Source of the DNA: Octopus vulgaris
Taxonomy: Eukaryota
Reading direction: 5' to 3'
Assembly: GCA_951406725.2 (NCBI GenBank)
Contig: OX597815.1
Span: 85,746,001 to 85,810,000 of the forward strand
Length of the DNA: 64,000 bases
The position numbers were made by a program, and so were the translations under genes. Positions within the stretch are counted from its first letter, which is position 1, and each line of letters begins with the position of its first letter. Of the stretch, positions 14,608 to 28,247 are shown piece after piece. The notes beneath the pieces are model-generated. The model was given only the letters and a program-made list of their open reading frames with translations, was not told where the DNA came from and ran no database searches.

Positions 14608-15611
14608 ATATCTATCCTTCTATCTATCTATATGCATAAATATATATGTATACATCTTTCTCTTGCTTTGACAGCTGCATCTGTTTGTCGTTTTTGGGTA
14701 TTATCTTGCATTATTTTCAAATATCTCTTTCAATTTCGAAACACAAAGATTCCAGCAATTATTACAAGAGGCCACTAGAGCTCGATTTTAAACTTAGCTG
14801 AAAGTATTTCATTTCACATTCTTTCTTACATTCTCTTACAACCGACTGTTGTTTGCCAAGTAGCCTTTCTGCTTTATAAACATTTTTATCTAAGTTACAA
14901 CATTCTATACACTCTTTTATTCACTTCTAAAGATAAGAGACTTATTTTGTTTGCAGCAATGAAGGTACAAAGAGCCTTTCGAGCCCATATTTTACAATTT
15001 TTTTTACATTTCCCTATATTGCTTGATAAATAAAATTATCTTTTCAGTGCAATCTTTACAAATATTTTACTTTTCTTTAAACGACTTGATAAATAAAAAT
15101 TTTTTCATGGGTTGATATATGTAAATTCATTCGTGGCCTTTTCAATTCAAAACCGACAATCATTTGCATCTCATCTCTCTCAAAAACGTTTTTCTCGAAA
15201 GTTGTTCACATAAGCTGCTTCTATCTTCAACATTCAACTGTTTTTCAAAATGCAAGCGAATAACTTTGTTTTTTTATCTATAGATTGTTACCATTCTCTA
15301 TTCTTTTGTCTGACACCATTTTATAGTTCTTTTCTTCTTAACAGGTTAATATATGTGCACTATAAAGTTTGAAGACTTCAAATTTATGAAATAGTGGCCA
15401 TGGTTGCAAGAGTGGCAACGAAACGTTACATCAGCTGAAAAAAAGGAACATTTTAGCAAAGATTTTATAATAATACATCCTCCTTTAGATAAATAGAAGC
15501 AATATCTCAACAAAATTAGCCTACTGCAGCCGATAATTAAACGAAAAGTGCTTTGTACATGAGCATTGGACGGAAAATCACAGAAATATCCAAACCTTAC
15601 AAAATGCAAGT

Positions 15612-16135
15612 AAAATGTGTGATCAGCTCACAGAAGACAAAAATAAAATCCTTAAAACTCAGTATGACCAAGATCTCTATGTTTAAAGATATTTGAAAAA
15701 ATACAAACCTTTCGAAAATCGTTAGCTTTGGAAGTGGACGGCACAAAAGAATGGGTATTACTTTGAAATGTATTTGAGCTCTTTTTTCTTTCCATTCTCT
15801 GCAGACTCTTCTGTCCTTTACTGTATTGCATATTCCCCTATCTTCATCATTATTTTATTTTCCATCAACGGTGATGTTTCAATTTCCCTCAATCTATGCC
15901 TATTTTTTTCAACATTTGCTATCTAAGGATAATTAATTTTAACGGTGGCAAAATACAGTAAAGGACTGAAGGATCTGCAGAAACGGGAAATAAAAAAGAG
16001 CTCAAATGCATTTGAAAGTGATACCCATTCTCTTGTCTCGCCCGCTTCCAAAGCTAGTGATTTTCGAAAAGTTTGTGTTTTTTCAAATATATTTAAAAAT
16101 AGAGGTCTTGGTCATACTGAGCCGATCACACAATT
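15612..16135. repeat. Diverged long inverted repeat (arms about 190-210 bp, spacer about 115 bp), MITE/foldback-like
   Basis: CTCAGTATGACCAAGATCTCTAT...TCCTTTACTGTATT on the left is the reverse complement of AATACAGTAAAGGA...ATAGAGGTCTTGGTCATACTGAG on the right. Confidence 0.85.
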
Positions 16136-18261
16136 TATTTATGTATATCTTTTAAAATTATATTTCTAATATCAATAAATACGTGGAGATATAGAGTTTG
16201 AATGAGTGCAGAGCGCAAAACACTTAACGTCCCGGAGTTTTCTACTTGTATTGGTATATAAATGCAAATACACACGTTGAAATACACACATACATTTATG
16301 TACACATACTCGCACGTACATTAATGTGCACACGAGCGCACGCACACATATCGTACAAACACGCACTACACAAACCAATTCATAAATATACACATATATA
16401 TATGCCGACATATATACACGTTCATATATAGCTAGATCAAAATACAATTGCGAACGTTTACCTTAAGCGCTATATACACATAAACACTTACACAATATCT
16501 AATTATAAGTTATAAACGTTTCAAGGACATATTTCATTTCTCACATACATTGCTTAAGAGATACTGTATAAATAATTTGTGATAAAGACTGAGTTTTAAA
16601 AATGATAGAGTGTGATGTTAGATGCTAGTCTCATATTTTTGTTATTCACGTGCAAGGTTTCCTTTCATTTAGTTGTAAAACCAAGAGTGGATAATATACT
16701 GCATTTTCAGCGAAAGAATTATGAGATTGTAACAGGCACTGTCACTTCTTCACTTACATTTCATTAAAGTGGTTATGGGATGGCTGGAATGATGCAATAC
16801 AGTGGCTGTAGTGGTGTTATAGTCATCGTTGTATATGAGCCATGGTCGCTACCATCACAGATACTCGTGTATCTTGTGTGAGGTAATTAATCAAAACACC
16901 CACATCATCAAAGCAAGCGATTCAATGTTGGCTGCTGTGACGTGGTTGGATTTGCAGAGGTGCTAGTAGAAATGTCGTGTAATGATGCGCGAATTAGAAG
17001 TGTTTTAGCTGTAGAAGTGTGAAATGAGTTGGTAATGTTGGTAATGTTTGAGGAAAGAAATCCTACGATCGAAAGTATTTCAGCAATAACTATCCAGGTT
17101 TTATGGGTTTCTAGAATTCCAATACTGTGCCATGTTGTTGTTGTCGTTGTTGCTGTTTAGGCTAGATCAGTCCTGATTGAACAGCAGCCATACGATCAAA
17201 GGCGTTCTATTATGTTTGAATATCAAAGACTAAATTACGGAATGTATCCTTTCGTTTTATGCGAAGGTAGAGTAGGAGTTAAGGGAGATTTGGCTACCAT
17301 TTTAAACAGAGCAAGTGACCACATATAACATACATGCTTCTTTCTTGGGAAGTAAATATATAGTAATGAAATATTATTGATTATAAAGTTTTGATTTTGG
17401 TTTTGAAATGGTAACTGTAGGATTGTGGTGAAATAATAACGCCTTCAAGTGCTTATTTTCTTGAGCTGTAGACTCATCTATGATGTTAAACATTAGAATA
17501 TTCAAGTGACGTTCTACTTGCTGATACCTGCTACAGTCATATAGCATGTTTGTCAAGACGATATTGAAAACACGCAGGTCTTTGAATCCTAATTTATTGC
17601 TATATCTGATCATAACCCGAACCAGAGAGGGTAGCAAGTTTGCTCTTCAGCGATGAGGCCAGTTCAGAGATTCGCATAATTTCCAATGATAAAGATCTTT
17701 GCCAATCTCTCAACAATCTTCTAGATATATTTCCTATATTTATTCCAGAAAATTTATTTTAAATATCTCAACAACGCTTAGTAACAGCTGTTGTATAATG
17801 AAAACGTATGTATAGGACTTTATGCTTACTTTTAAATCACAAGTGAGCTTTACACAAAGAAGGAACCATATATAAAGTAATAATCCAAACGAATGAGAAC
17901 AAAAGTTTTCCACAAAACCAACACGACGTCCTATTCTTTTCCTTCATGTGTTCTCAGGGTATATCCTGCACTTTGTTTCCACCCTAGTAGTAGGTCTATA
18001 AAATGAAGCATCATTAATCATGGTGATTCCCATGTTACGCCGAGATTCGGGGTCTTTCATTGCAATCTCTTTTTGGTCCTATGTATTGAGGCTGCAATAT
18101 TTTATAGGGTACTTAATGTAATGTTCAAAACGTTCAAGCACCTAATTGCATATTGTTTTCAATGGCCCATCTGTAAATGTCCTTGACGACTATATATCGT
18201 TTTCTGACATTATTGGCATTCTTTATTACTGCTGATTTCATTTAATTTTTATTAAAATTTA

Positions 18262-18697
<436 letters not shown>

Positions 18698-19035
18698 CAT
18701 ATATACATAGATATAGCCACATTTTGTGGGTTTGTTTGCTAATATATTATGGAATGAATTATTAAAAGGAGGTGATTGATTAACTCGGTAAAAATATTAG
18801 TCCCTTATGTTATAATCAGAATAGTTTCTATTTCGGGAGAAGGAGCCCAAGGGAAAATTCTACAGCAGGGCAATTGCATAATCAAGCAGTTACCAAAAAT
18901 AAAAAATCAAACCTTACTATACACACGCGCACACACACACATATATATAATGATAATAATATAAATAATAATATAAATAAATAAAATATATACATACATA
19001 TATGTGTATATGTACATACATACACCTATATATAT

Positions 19036-19231
19036 ATATGCATATATGGGTACAGGACGTTACAAACCGTAAACAACATGAAATACGAAAACAAAGGAGT
19101 TGAATACGCAAACAAAAAGTGAAACAAATGGAAAACAGGACAAGTAACATAAAGAACGACCCTTCATCAGTTGTTGGCTGTCGATCTACTCCTCAAATCA
19201 ATTTGTGACGTCCTGTCCCATATAAGCATAT
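19036..19231 (-). mobile_element. Short fragment of repeat family F with 30-bp inverted ends
   Basis: ATATGCATATATGGGTACAGGACGTTACAAA vs TTTGTGACGTCCTGTCCCATATAAGCATAT. Minus strand GGAGTAGATCGACAGCCAACAA-CTGATGA-AGGG matches 42583-42612. Confidence 0.55.
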
Positions 19232-19246
19232 ATATACGTGTATGTA

Positions 19247-19281
<35 letters not shown>

Positions 19282-19287
19282 CTTTTG

Positions 19288-19765
19288 TGGGTTCCAGTTA
19301 GAATCTGAGGCCTTGCTGGCACACCGCTTTTACTGCGTCCGGGGATTTTTCCAGTATTGCTTCTGGTGAAGTAGCGAGTTGGACGTTACCGCTCTTCTTT
19401 GTGCCTCCTGCGCGATGTGTGTTTCTCCGGAATTACAGATAAAAAGCTGCCTAGACGTTTTTTGAAGACTTTCATGTCTACAACTTGCAAATCCCTGATG
19501 TTTTGTGGTAGGGCATTAAAAAGTTGTGGCATCTGAGCAATCTGTACATGGAAAGTTGCGTCATTGCTCATGTGGATTCTCAGGTCACGCACCGATTCTA
19601 ACTCTGGGATTACTTTGACTTCTGGTCCCGTGTACTTCAGATCTAGTTTATTTGTGGACTGATAGCTGAGTGCTTGGAATTTTGCGCTATTGAACTGCAT
19701 TTTATCCATATCAACTCATTTATATATTGCTTTCAGGCAATTCTGCAGTCTTAGGATGTCAGTAG
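19288..19765 (-). pseudogene. CR1/L2-type LINE 3' fragment with internal deletion
   Basis: MQFNSAKFQAL..VRDLRIHMSND..QLFNALPQNIRDL..FKKRLGSFL, similar to 63398-63885. Ends in the tail shared with SINE B. Confidence 0.8.
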
Positions 19766-19768
19766 GAT

Positions 19769-19810
<42 letters not shown>

Positions 19811-19865
19811 ATAACATACAGGCATTTCAACGACCTCTCTGTATATATGTGTATGTGTGTGTGTG

Positions 19866-19990
<125 letters not shown>

Positions 19991-19992
19991 TT

Positions 19993-20458
19993 TTTGCTTG
20001 TTTCAGACATATATGACTGCGGCCATGTTGGAGTATCGCCTTAAAGGATTTTAGCTGAACAAATCGACCCCAGGACTTATTCTTTGTAAGCTTAGTACTT
20101 ATTTTATGGGTATCTCTTGTCGAACAGCTAAGTTATGGGGACGTAAACACAGCAACACGAGATGTCAAGCGGTGATAGAGGGGATAAATACTGACAAAAA
20201 GACATAGAAACACATATACATATGCATATACATATACGTACATACATACATACATACATACACACACACACACGCACAGACACACATATATACATATATA
20301 CGACAGGCCTCTTTCATTTTCCATCTACCAAATACACTCAGAAGGCTTTTTTCTACTCGAGGCAATATCAGAAGACACTAGCCCAAGATGCCACGCTGTG
20401 GGACTGAACTCGGAATCATATAGGAAGCAAGGTCCCTACCGCCCAACTGCGCCTGCGC
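19993..20458 (-). mobile_element. SINE family B, near full length
   Basis: Reverse complement of tail, core and head of 61633-62039. Confidence 0.85.
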
Positions 20459-20477
20459 ATATTATATATATATATAA

Positions 20478-20847
20478 GTAGTTGAATGAATTATCCTAGT
20501 ATGGATAATTCAGTTAACCGATACCCGGGTAGCAAATTCACGTCAGAAAAACACGGTTGAAGCTACATGCCAAGGGCAGAGATCACGTGCTTTCGTGTGG
20601 AAATTTGTGTGTTTTTTTTAATACAAATAAATGAAAGAATGGAGTTGAACGACGATTTAACAAAATTTCTTTATTCTCGACATATGTTTCGAAGACTGCA
20701 TATTCCTAATTTCGAAGGAATAAGGGGTGCATTATGCCGCCTTCTCAATGCACCCCTTATTCCTTCGAAATTAGGAATATGCAGTCTTCGAAACATATGT
20801 TGAGAATAAAGGAATTTTGTTAAATCGTCGTTCAACTCCATTCTTTC

Positions 20848-20853
<6 letters not shown>
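20478..20853 (-). mobile_element. Penelope-like pLTR fragment with inverted duplication (107-bp arms, 13-nt loop)
   Basis: 20478-20748 is the reverse complement of about 52484-52760. Arms 20627-20733 and 20747-20853 are near-perfect, and each carries the GAAACATATGT half of the HHR. Confidence 0.85.
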
Positions 20854-20894
<41 letters not shown>

Positions 20895-21041
20895 AGAGTA
20901 AGCACATAAATGTGAAAAAAGGTGGAAAAAAGAGTGCTCAAATACCAGGGGTATGGTAATATGCTTTAAAACTGTCCGACGAACGGGAACATGAAATTCT
21001 GAGTAACAACTTTTGTTATATTTCTGCTGCTTTTAAATAAA

Positions 21042-21098
<57 letters not shown>

Positions 21099-21512
21099 GC
21101 TTGTGCATCTCTTTTACAATCGATTTCCAGTCAGCCCTGCCATGGTTCAGATTGGACTGAGCTGAAGTGCTTTTTACAAACATTGATTTACAATGACACA
21201 GTGAAGTCTGTGTTATAATTGTACGAATCACATTCGTATTATTGATATTTTCTGTAATATTTGTGAAACAAATCAAGAGTGTTGTTGACACTTGCTGGGT
21301 AAAGACACGCTGTCTCGCGCCCACACGTTATCTATTTACACGACACAGACACACACTTACGCTCACAGGCCAATGCACATTCACAGACCCGTGAACGACG
21401 CCCACAAGGATCGTAAACATAAAACTAGTAGATGTCATTTAAGAAATTTTAGCTTCAAAATAAAACTATAGTCGTTACATATATTGAATACGTTTGTTTC
21501 TAGATGTAAACA

Positions 21513-21586
<74 letters not shown>

Positions 21587-21780
21587 AGATATATATATAT
21601 ATATATATGTAAAGTCAGTTGCCATATCAAAGCGGCTGTTCCAAGTTACTACTTGTTTAACCCCAGGCAGATTCTCCGCCAGCTGCTTATCGGTGCGACT
21701 CTGCTTCCTTTATATATATTATATGTTGTTAGTAGGGGGAGCGAACCCCTACCACCCTCTAGCAAGTAATAGGATCGCGA

Positions 21781-21821
21781 GACTGACTCAGTTTCGAGCT
21801 GTTTGTCGCAACCTCAGTGTC
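21781..21821 (-). ncRNA. Possible degenerate hammerhead motif
   Basis: Minus strand: GACA-CTGAGGT-TGCGACAAACAGCTC-GAAAC-TGA-GTC-AGTC. A9 is altered and helix II is weak. Confidence 0.25.
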
Positions 21822-21917
21822 GAGTACCTGTCCGCCAGAGCGATAGCCAATATATGGTAATATATTGTAAACAATGCGACCATCGATCACTGATTTGCAA
21901 CAAATCTCAATAAGGGA

Positions 21918-23370
21918 TCAGATGAGTAACTATACTAAATATTAAACTCAGTCGCCACATCAGCCACTTCGATGTGGCGACTGATTTTACTTTTTGGTAT
22001 AGTTGCTACTCTGATTAATTATATATATATATATGATTTATTAAAAATACACATTAAGTACAGGACATCACCAGCGAATGAAAAATACGCAAAAACACGA
22101 GAAATAAGTACAAGATGAATACTTATAAAAACAAAATACAAAAATACACATTAAGTACAGGATATCACCAACGAGTCAAAATACGTAAACATACAGAAAT
22201 AAGTACCGGACAAAATATCAAAGTCTAACCCCTCCTCAGTTGTCGACTACTTATTACTACCTGTTTCGATGTGGCGACTGATTTTACTTTTTGGTATAGT
22301 TGCTACTCTGATTAATTATATATATATATATAATTTATTAAAAATACACATTAAGTACAGGACATCACCAGCGAATGAAAAATACGCAAACACACGAGAA
22401 ATAAGTACAAGACGAATACTTATAAAAATAAAATACACATTAAGTACAGGATATCACCAACGAGTCAAAATACGTAAACATACAGAAATAAATACCGGAC
22501 AAAATATCAAAGTCTAACCCCTCCTCAGTTGTCGACTGCTTATTACTACCTGTTTCGAACTTTCAATAAGACAGGAAAACTTCATAAGACCGCAGCTTGC
22601 AGAAATTTTAGAAATTAAAATTTATGAAGAGTTAGGACTTCGAACGAACACACGACATCAAAGTGGACGTACAGAGTAAACAATCGATGAAGACAGACAT
22701 TAAGGGCTGTTAGGCCAAGATGAATTGTAATGGGTAACGCCTGGGAGAAATTTTGAAACGATATAGAATAAATAGAAGAGAAAATTGGTAGAAGAGAAAA
22801 AATATCGAGAGGCGAGATAAATTACGTCCAGCTGGATGGACGTCCCATCCCCCCCACCAAAACATAGAGAGACGAGGAAACTGACTTGTAGTCACATGTA
22901 ATCAACAGGTAGAGAGGAAGGGGGAAAAGAAAGGAGAAGGGAAAGAAACGAAGAATTGAGGAGGATGGAGAAAGAAAGAAAGAAAGATAGACAGGGGACA
23001 GTAAAGAAGGAGGAGGGAAACGAAATATAGTGGATTATAGAGGGCCAGAGAGAAAGGAAGAAAATAGGCAGAGAATAGTGTAGAATCGCAGAAATTGTAT
23101 ATATAAATGTAAAAACTTACTGTTGACAAAGGCTGCGTGACGTTCAATTATAAATAATTAAAAATACACATTATGTACAGGACATCTGCAGCAAGTGAAA
23201 AATACGTAAACACCTGAGAGATAAGTACAGGACAAATAAAAAAATACAAAAAGTACACATTAAGTGCAGGATATCACGAACGGGTGAACTATACGTAAAC
23301 ACACAGAGATAAGTACAGAACAAAATACCAAAGGAAGTCTAACTCCTCCTCAGTTGTCAACTGTTTATTA
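21918..23370 (-). mobile_element. Repeat family F: about 820-bp unit with terminal direct repeat, 297-bp tandem duplication and terminal hairpin
   Basis: Near-identical units start at 21968 and 22265, with a diverged third copy at about 23160-23370. Hairpin TCAGTCGCCACATC/GATGTGGCGACTGA at about 21947-21984. AGGGCTGTTA motif shared with 62593. Confidence 0.7.
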
Positions 23371-23629
23371 CGAGCTTTCACAAGCGAGCGCACATGTATA
23401 TGCTTATGATAACAGAATTAGCAGGGAGGGAGAGAGAGAGAAAGAGATAGAGAAAAATAATGGGAGAGTGAGAGAGAAAGGGAAAGAAAGAAAGAGAGGG
23501 AGACAAAGTAGGGAGAGATTTTCCGGCTATAGTTTAAAAAGATGGCATTATAAGTCCTCACATATTTCAGTGCTAGCCATAGAAATAGACATCCCTGACA
23601 ATCAGCTACAAATATACATTTAAGTCAAG

Positions 23630-24242
23630 TTTTGGCACAAAGTCAGCAATTTCGATGTTGGAGGTAAGGTGATTATATTGACCTTAGTACTCAACTAGCA
23701 TTTATTTTATCGACCCCAAAATGGAAGAAAGAAGAAGTCGACCCTGCTGGAATTCGAACTCGGAACGTAAAGACAAACAAAATGCGCTGAGCATTTTATC
23801 CAGCGTGCTAATGATTCTACCAGCTCGCCGCCTTGAAGAAGCTGTATATATTCTTTTCTGCTCTTGGCAAAAGGCCCAAAATTTGGGGAGAGGGGGGCCA
23901 GTCGATTATATCGACCCCAGTACGCAACTGGCACTTAATTTATCTATCCCTAAAGGAAAGTCGACCTCGGCGAAATTTGAACTCAGATCGTAAAGACAGA
24001 CGAAATACCGGTTTCTTTACTACCCACACGGGGCTAAACACAGAGAGGATAAACAAGGACAAACAAACGGATTAAGTCGATTATATCGACCCCAGTGCGT
24101 AACTGGTACTTAATTTATCGACCCCGAAAGGATGAAAGGCAAAGTCGGCCTCGGCGGAATTTGAACTCAGAACGTAACGGCAGACGAAATATCGCGAAGC
24201 ATTTCACCCGGCGTGCTAACATTTCTGCCAGCTTGCCGCCTT
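23630..24242 (-). mobile_element. Adjacent SINE family A copies (monomer plus two-module copy)
   Basis: Heads end at CAGCTCGCCGCC (23832) and CAGCTTGCCGCC (24240). Module junction GACGAAATACCGGTTTCTTTACTACCC. Confidence 0.85.
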
Positions 24243-24417
24243 AGATGCTATAGATATTGAAAAAGGTCATGACTTAGGAAAACATTTGCTATTTGATGGA
24301 GGACAAAACGAAGTTAACAGTGAGTCAAAACATTTTCCACATGCTGCGTTTGTCTGAATGTTGTTTTGATGATGGATTGATAATATTAATTGTAAAATAT
24401 TCTTATCACTGGAATGA

Positions 24418-24577
24418 AGATGATGATAATGATGCTGCTGTTAATGATGATGGTGATGATGTTTATGGAAGTGGTCGTGATGATGATGATGATGATTGAT
24501 AGTGGTAGTGATGATGATGATGATGATGATGATGATAATGCTGCCGCTGCTGCTGATGATGATAATGACGATGATGG
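24418..24577. repeat. Imperfect (GAT)n microsatellite
   Basis: Directly visible. Confidence 0.9.
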
Positions 24578-25059
24578 TGAGTAATAGCCATACGATTAAG
24601 ATTTCATATACATATTCATGTGTTTCTTGTCAATATTCAAAAGAAACAGACAAGATGACAAGAGTGAATAAAATATTTGATTATCAGTAGTAAAGAAACA
24701 CAGAATTATATAGCTGTAGGCGATTCGTTCAAGTTTAGCATTGAATACCTTATTCTGCCATTAGCTTGATTTCCCGCGCTGTCGGAAGGTCGGAACGCAT
24801 ACCAGAGTTTCTGGGAAGATTATATGCAAAAAATAAAAATAGAAAATAGAAATAAAAATATGAATAATGCCCTGTGTTGTGGAAGATTTACAAATCACAC
24901 GCTCTTAGCCATACAACCATACCTTGCATTTGTTTGCTTTCGATTTTTATAAAATGATACTCCTGGAAAGCGTTGTCGGCTGAATGGATAACGTATCAGC
25001 TTGTCACGTGAAGTAAGTTGGGTTTACATCTCATTCTAATCCTTGTTCCACAGAAGTTA

Positions 25060-25276
25060 CCTGAGGGTGCTGAAAAGTTCCTGGCTTTAAGGGTGTCGCG
25101 AGTGGCCGGGCTGGAGGCCTAATCTTCCGAGTTCTTTTAGAGGGATTAGAAAACTTGAAGGACTATTGAAATAAGTGTATGAATCTGAGAGGGGAATGTG
25201 TCGAATAAAATCATAATTAACTGATCCTCTTGTATTTTCTTTTACCCAAAGCCAGGAACTTTTCAGCATCCCGTCG
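25060..25276 (+). mobile_element. Mariner-derived MITE (about 217 bp)
   Basis: TIRs TGCTGAAAAGTTCCTGGCTTT / AAAGCCAGGAACTTTTCAGCA with TA on both sides. Retains transposase C-terminus CMNLRGECVE-stop. Confidence 0.85.
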
Positions 25277-25670
25277 TATATGTATCTATATCTTTGTTGT
25301 GTAAAATTCAACATGTAGACTAGCACACGATCCGTTATGAGAGTACAAATATTATTATAAATAAAAACCACAAAAAAGTCTTGTGAAATACAGCAGCCAA
25401 GGGTTTCCCTTTCTGAATTATTAAATGTATTTTTGCATTTATGAAGCCGATTTAGCAACTGGTTTCTGTGTAATCGAACTTTGAATAAGCACACTTATTC
25501 ATAAAAAGATTGAGACCAATCAAAAGGAAATAATTCACTGCACAAGAATATATAAAGAATTGTTTTACAAGTGTGAAAAATTTCAGGATTGAACAATGGA
25601 ATTGGTGGTTATTGTTTTTTCAGTTCAAAATCCTTGCTATAAATGTGTGTGTGTGTGTGTATGTGTGTGT

Positions 25671-25729
<59 letters not shown>

Positions 25730-25756
25730 CGCATGGATCTCTTACTCTCCCTGTAT

Positions 25757-27984
25757 AGGCGAAGGAGTGGCTGTGTGGTAAGTAGCTAGCTTACGGCGCA
25801 TACGTGGGTTATTCCAAATTTGAATACTGTCAAGACGTGCTTGTGTAGCCGTCCAGAATTGAAGAAATATTGAAGGCGCGACTGTAAGGTAGGCATCTAT
25901 TTTTTGGGGTGGGTTGGGGTGGTGGATTTAGTGGGGTTTTGTTGTTTGATATTCTTTTTCTTTTTTCAAATAAGAAATCCTCACTGGGTCCCGGACATTT
26001 GTCTGCCTGCGTCCCGGACATCCGTCTGCCTGGGTCTCGGACATTTATCTGCCTGCAGTCGTGCTGTGAGAATTGTTGTTTTGGGGGCGTGTCTTGCCTT
26101 CGAAAAATTGTGAAATTTTGGAAAATTCTACCAATTTGTGGAAGATTTCTTTTGTGTTCCTGCTGCTGTGACCCTAGAGTACCTGTTTGGAGTGCCATTT
26201 TTTGGAATACTTGTTGGCCAGGATAACCGGGTGGCCGAAATTGTGTGCTGCCGGGACTTGAACTGTCTTCCATCTTTCTTTTTCTCTGCACTGTCTTTCT
26301 GCTCTTTTTGTTTATTCTTGACTTTATTTAGACTTTCTGTTTGAACTATTTTTGCAAGCATGGGATAGAAGGCAAACACTGCGTTGCAGTGGGGGATTGT
26401 ACCTCCCAAGCAGTAGTGGCTAAAAGACTTGAACGAGGGAACCGTGGTGTTGAGGACTTATTCTAAGTCACTCGACACCATCGCGGTGTTCCCTCAAATT
26501 TAAATTGAAAAAGAGTTGGTAGAATATCTGCCAACTATTAAGTTTATTGCCAGGGGTGTCAAGTACGCAACGGTGTGGCTGCTATTTGACACCCCTGAGG
26601 TGGTCGCAAATTTGCGAGCCGGCGCTTAGAAGGGCAAAATATTGTGTTTCTTCCCACACAATGTGGGAAGAAATTAACAAGAGTTTAGGTCTGTGGGCTG
26701 CTACCTGAGATAGAACCCGAGTGGAAAGAAGATACTATTCGCCGGGGTCCTAAATGTTAAAATTTTGCCTGCGGCTAATTGGGTGGGGTCAAAAGTGGTT
26801 TTGACCCTGTGGACCCAATCAGCCAATAATCTGATTTACCCAGATTTTTTAAAAATGCCGGGTTTAAGTATCCGGTGATTCTTGATCCTTGAGGGACGGC
26901 CCCCACCAAGTGTTACCTGTGCCAGAAACTAGGCCACATTAAAAAGAACTATCCCCAGGAGCAAGGTAAGGTTCTGGGGCAGTTAATAAAAGTAGCAGCC
27001 CCCGCTCCCCCATTTGAGGGAGAGATGGAGGCAGTCGAAGAGGTGGAGACCTCCTCGAAAAAACTAAATAAAAGAAGGTGGGCAACAATGGTTGCCCACC
27101 GAAGGACTATAAAGCTGCGGAAGGGAGGGTGGGGGGGAGGTAGCAAAGGGGAGGAAAAGAAAAAAGAAAAATATAAAGAACGGGGCATTGCCGACGGTTG
27201 ATGGTACACTGCCGGCATGTTCTGAAACCTCGTCGGTGGAAATTGTGCCACCGACAGAGGAAACTGTGGTCCCTCCCAGAGCTACGAGAGATGATTTTGT
27301 TATCTTCTTCCAGAAGGGAGGGGCGATTCAGAGCTTCTTGAGGAAGCTAGAGGGCCGGAGGTAGGAGACCATGCCCTGGACTGAAGACCCGGATTGTCCT
27401 CCGCAGGTGACTACGGAGGTCATATCGGACGTCGATATGTTCAGGGTGATGGGCTCCTTTCCGAAGGACCAGTTTAGGTTCGCCTTCTGGGGCCCCGACC
27501 TGGAGCTGGAGCATTGCCTACAAGAGGCATATGGCCTGGTCGGGGAGGAAGGATAAAGAAGCTTTAGCGCCTAAATGTTTATTGCTTGTAAGAGGCTCAA
27601 TGCCTCAATTTGTAATGGACTATGAAGTCCAGTAATAGTAGAACTGAGGTAAGAGGTTTAATACCTCGTTTTGTTGTTTTTTGTTTTGGAAAGAAAAAGA
27701 CAATGTTTTAGAGAAGCAGAAGATCGGCGGACGTCTTTTGCCTTCTCCCATTTATACCATCCTTTTCATAACTCATCCCTGTTTTTTGTCCAGCCCGCAA
27801 GGTACTCCCTCTGTATACGGCCTTCATGACCAATGAAATGAAATAAAGTAGCTTGCTTACCAACCACATAGTTCTAGGTTCAGTCCCACTGCGTGGCACC
27901 TCGGGCAAGTATCTATTACCATAGCCTCGGGCCAACCAAAGCCTTGGGAGTGGATTTGGTTGACGAAAACTGAAAGAAGCCCGT

Positions 27985-28031
<47 letters not shown>

Positions 28032-28247
28032 GTATGTATGCATGTATGTATGTATGTATGTATGAATATGTTTGTGTGTCTGTATGTGTGTCCCCAGCAT
28101 CGCTTGACAACCGATGCTGGTGGTTCGGCAAAAGAAACCGATTGGATAAGTACTAGGCTTACAGTGAATAAGTTCTGGGGTCGATTTGTTCGACTAAAGG
28201 TGGTGCTCCAACATGGCCGCAGTCAAATGACTGAAACAAACAAAAGA
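25757..28247 (+). mobile_element. SINE family B split by a 2.05-kb insertion
   Basis: Head GGCGAAGGAGTGGCTGTGTGGTAAGTAGCT (25758-25787) resumes at 27846 with AAGTAGCTTGCTTACCAACCAC and runs to the tail at about 28247. Confidence 0.85.
25795..27845 (+). mobile_element. ORF1-only non-LTR retroelement (L1/Tx1-like, HAL1-type), decayed
   Basis: 15-bp TSD AAGTAGCT(A/T)GCTTAC at 25780-25794 and 27846-27860. Three 23-bp tandem repeats at 25988-26056. Zinc knuckle CYLCQKLGHIKKNY at 26911-26952 after LEGRPP. (AATGA)n-like tail, and no RT motifs seen. Confidence 0.75.

Noticed and set aside
16750-17130. Minus-strand open stretch with a GTAAGT donor at 16752-16757
   Set aside because: No consistent acceptor-frame-donor combination and no recognisable peptide.
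17374-17637. ORF containing FNIIDEST, reminiscent of hAT transposase
   Set aside because: A single short motif with no TIRs. Too weak to call.
21968-22558. Repeated AAAATACACATTAAGTACAGGA units resembling a CRISPR array
   Set aside because: The intervening sequences are themselves duplicated, the context is eukaryotic and there are no cas genes.
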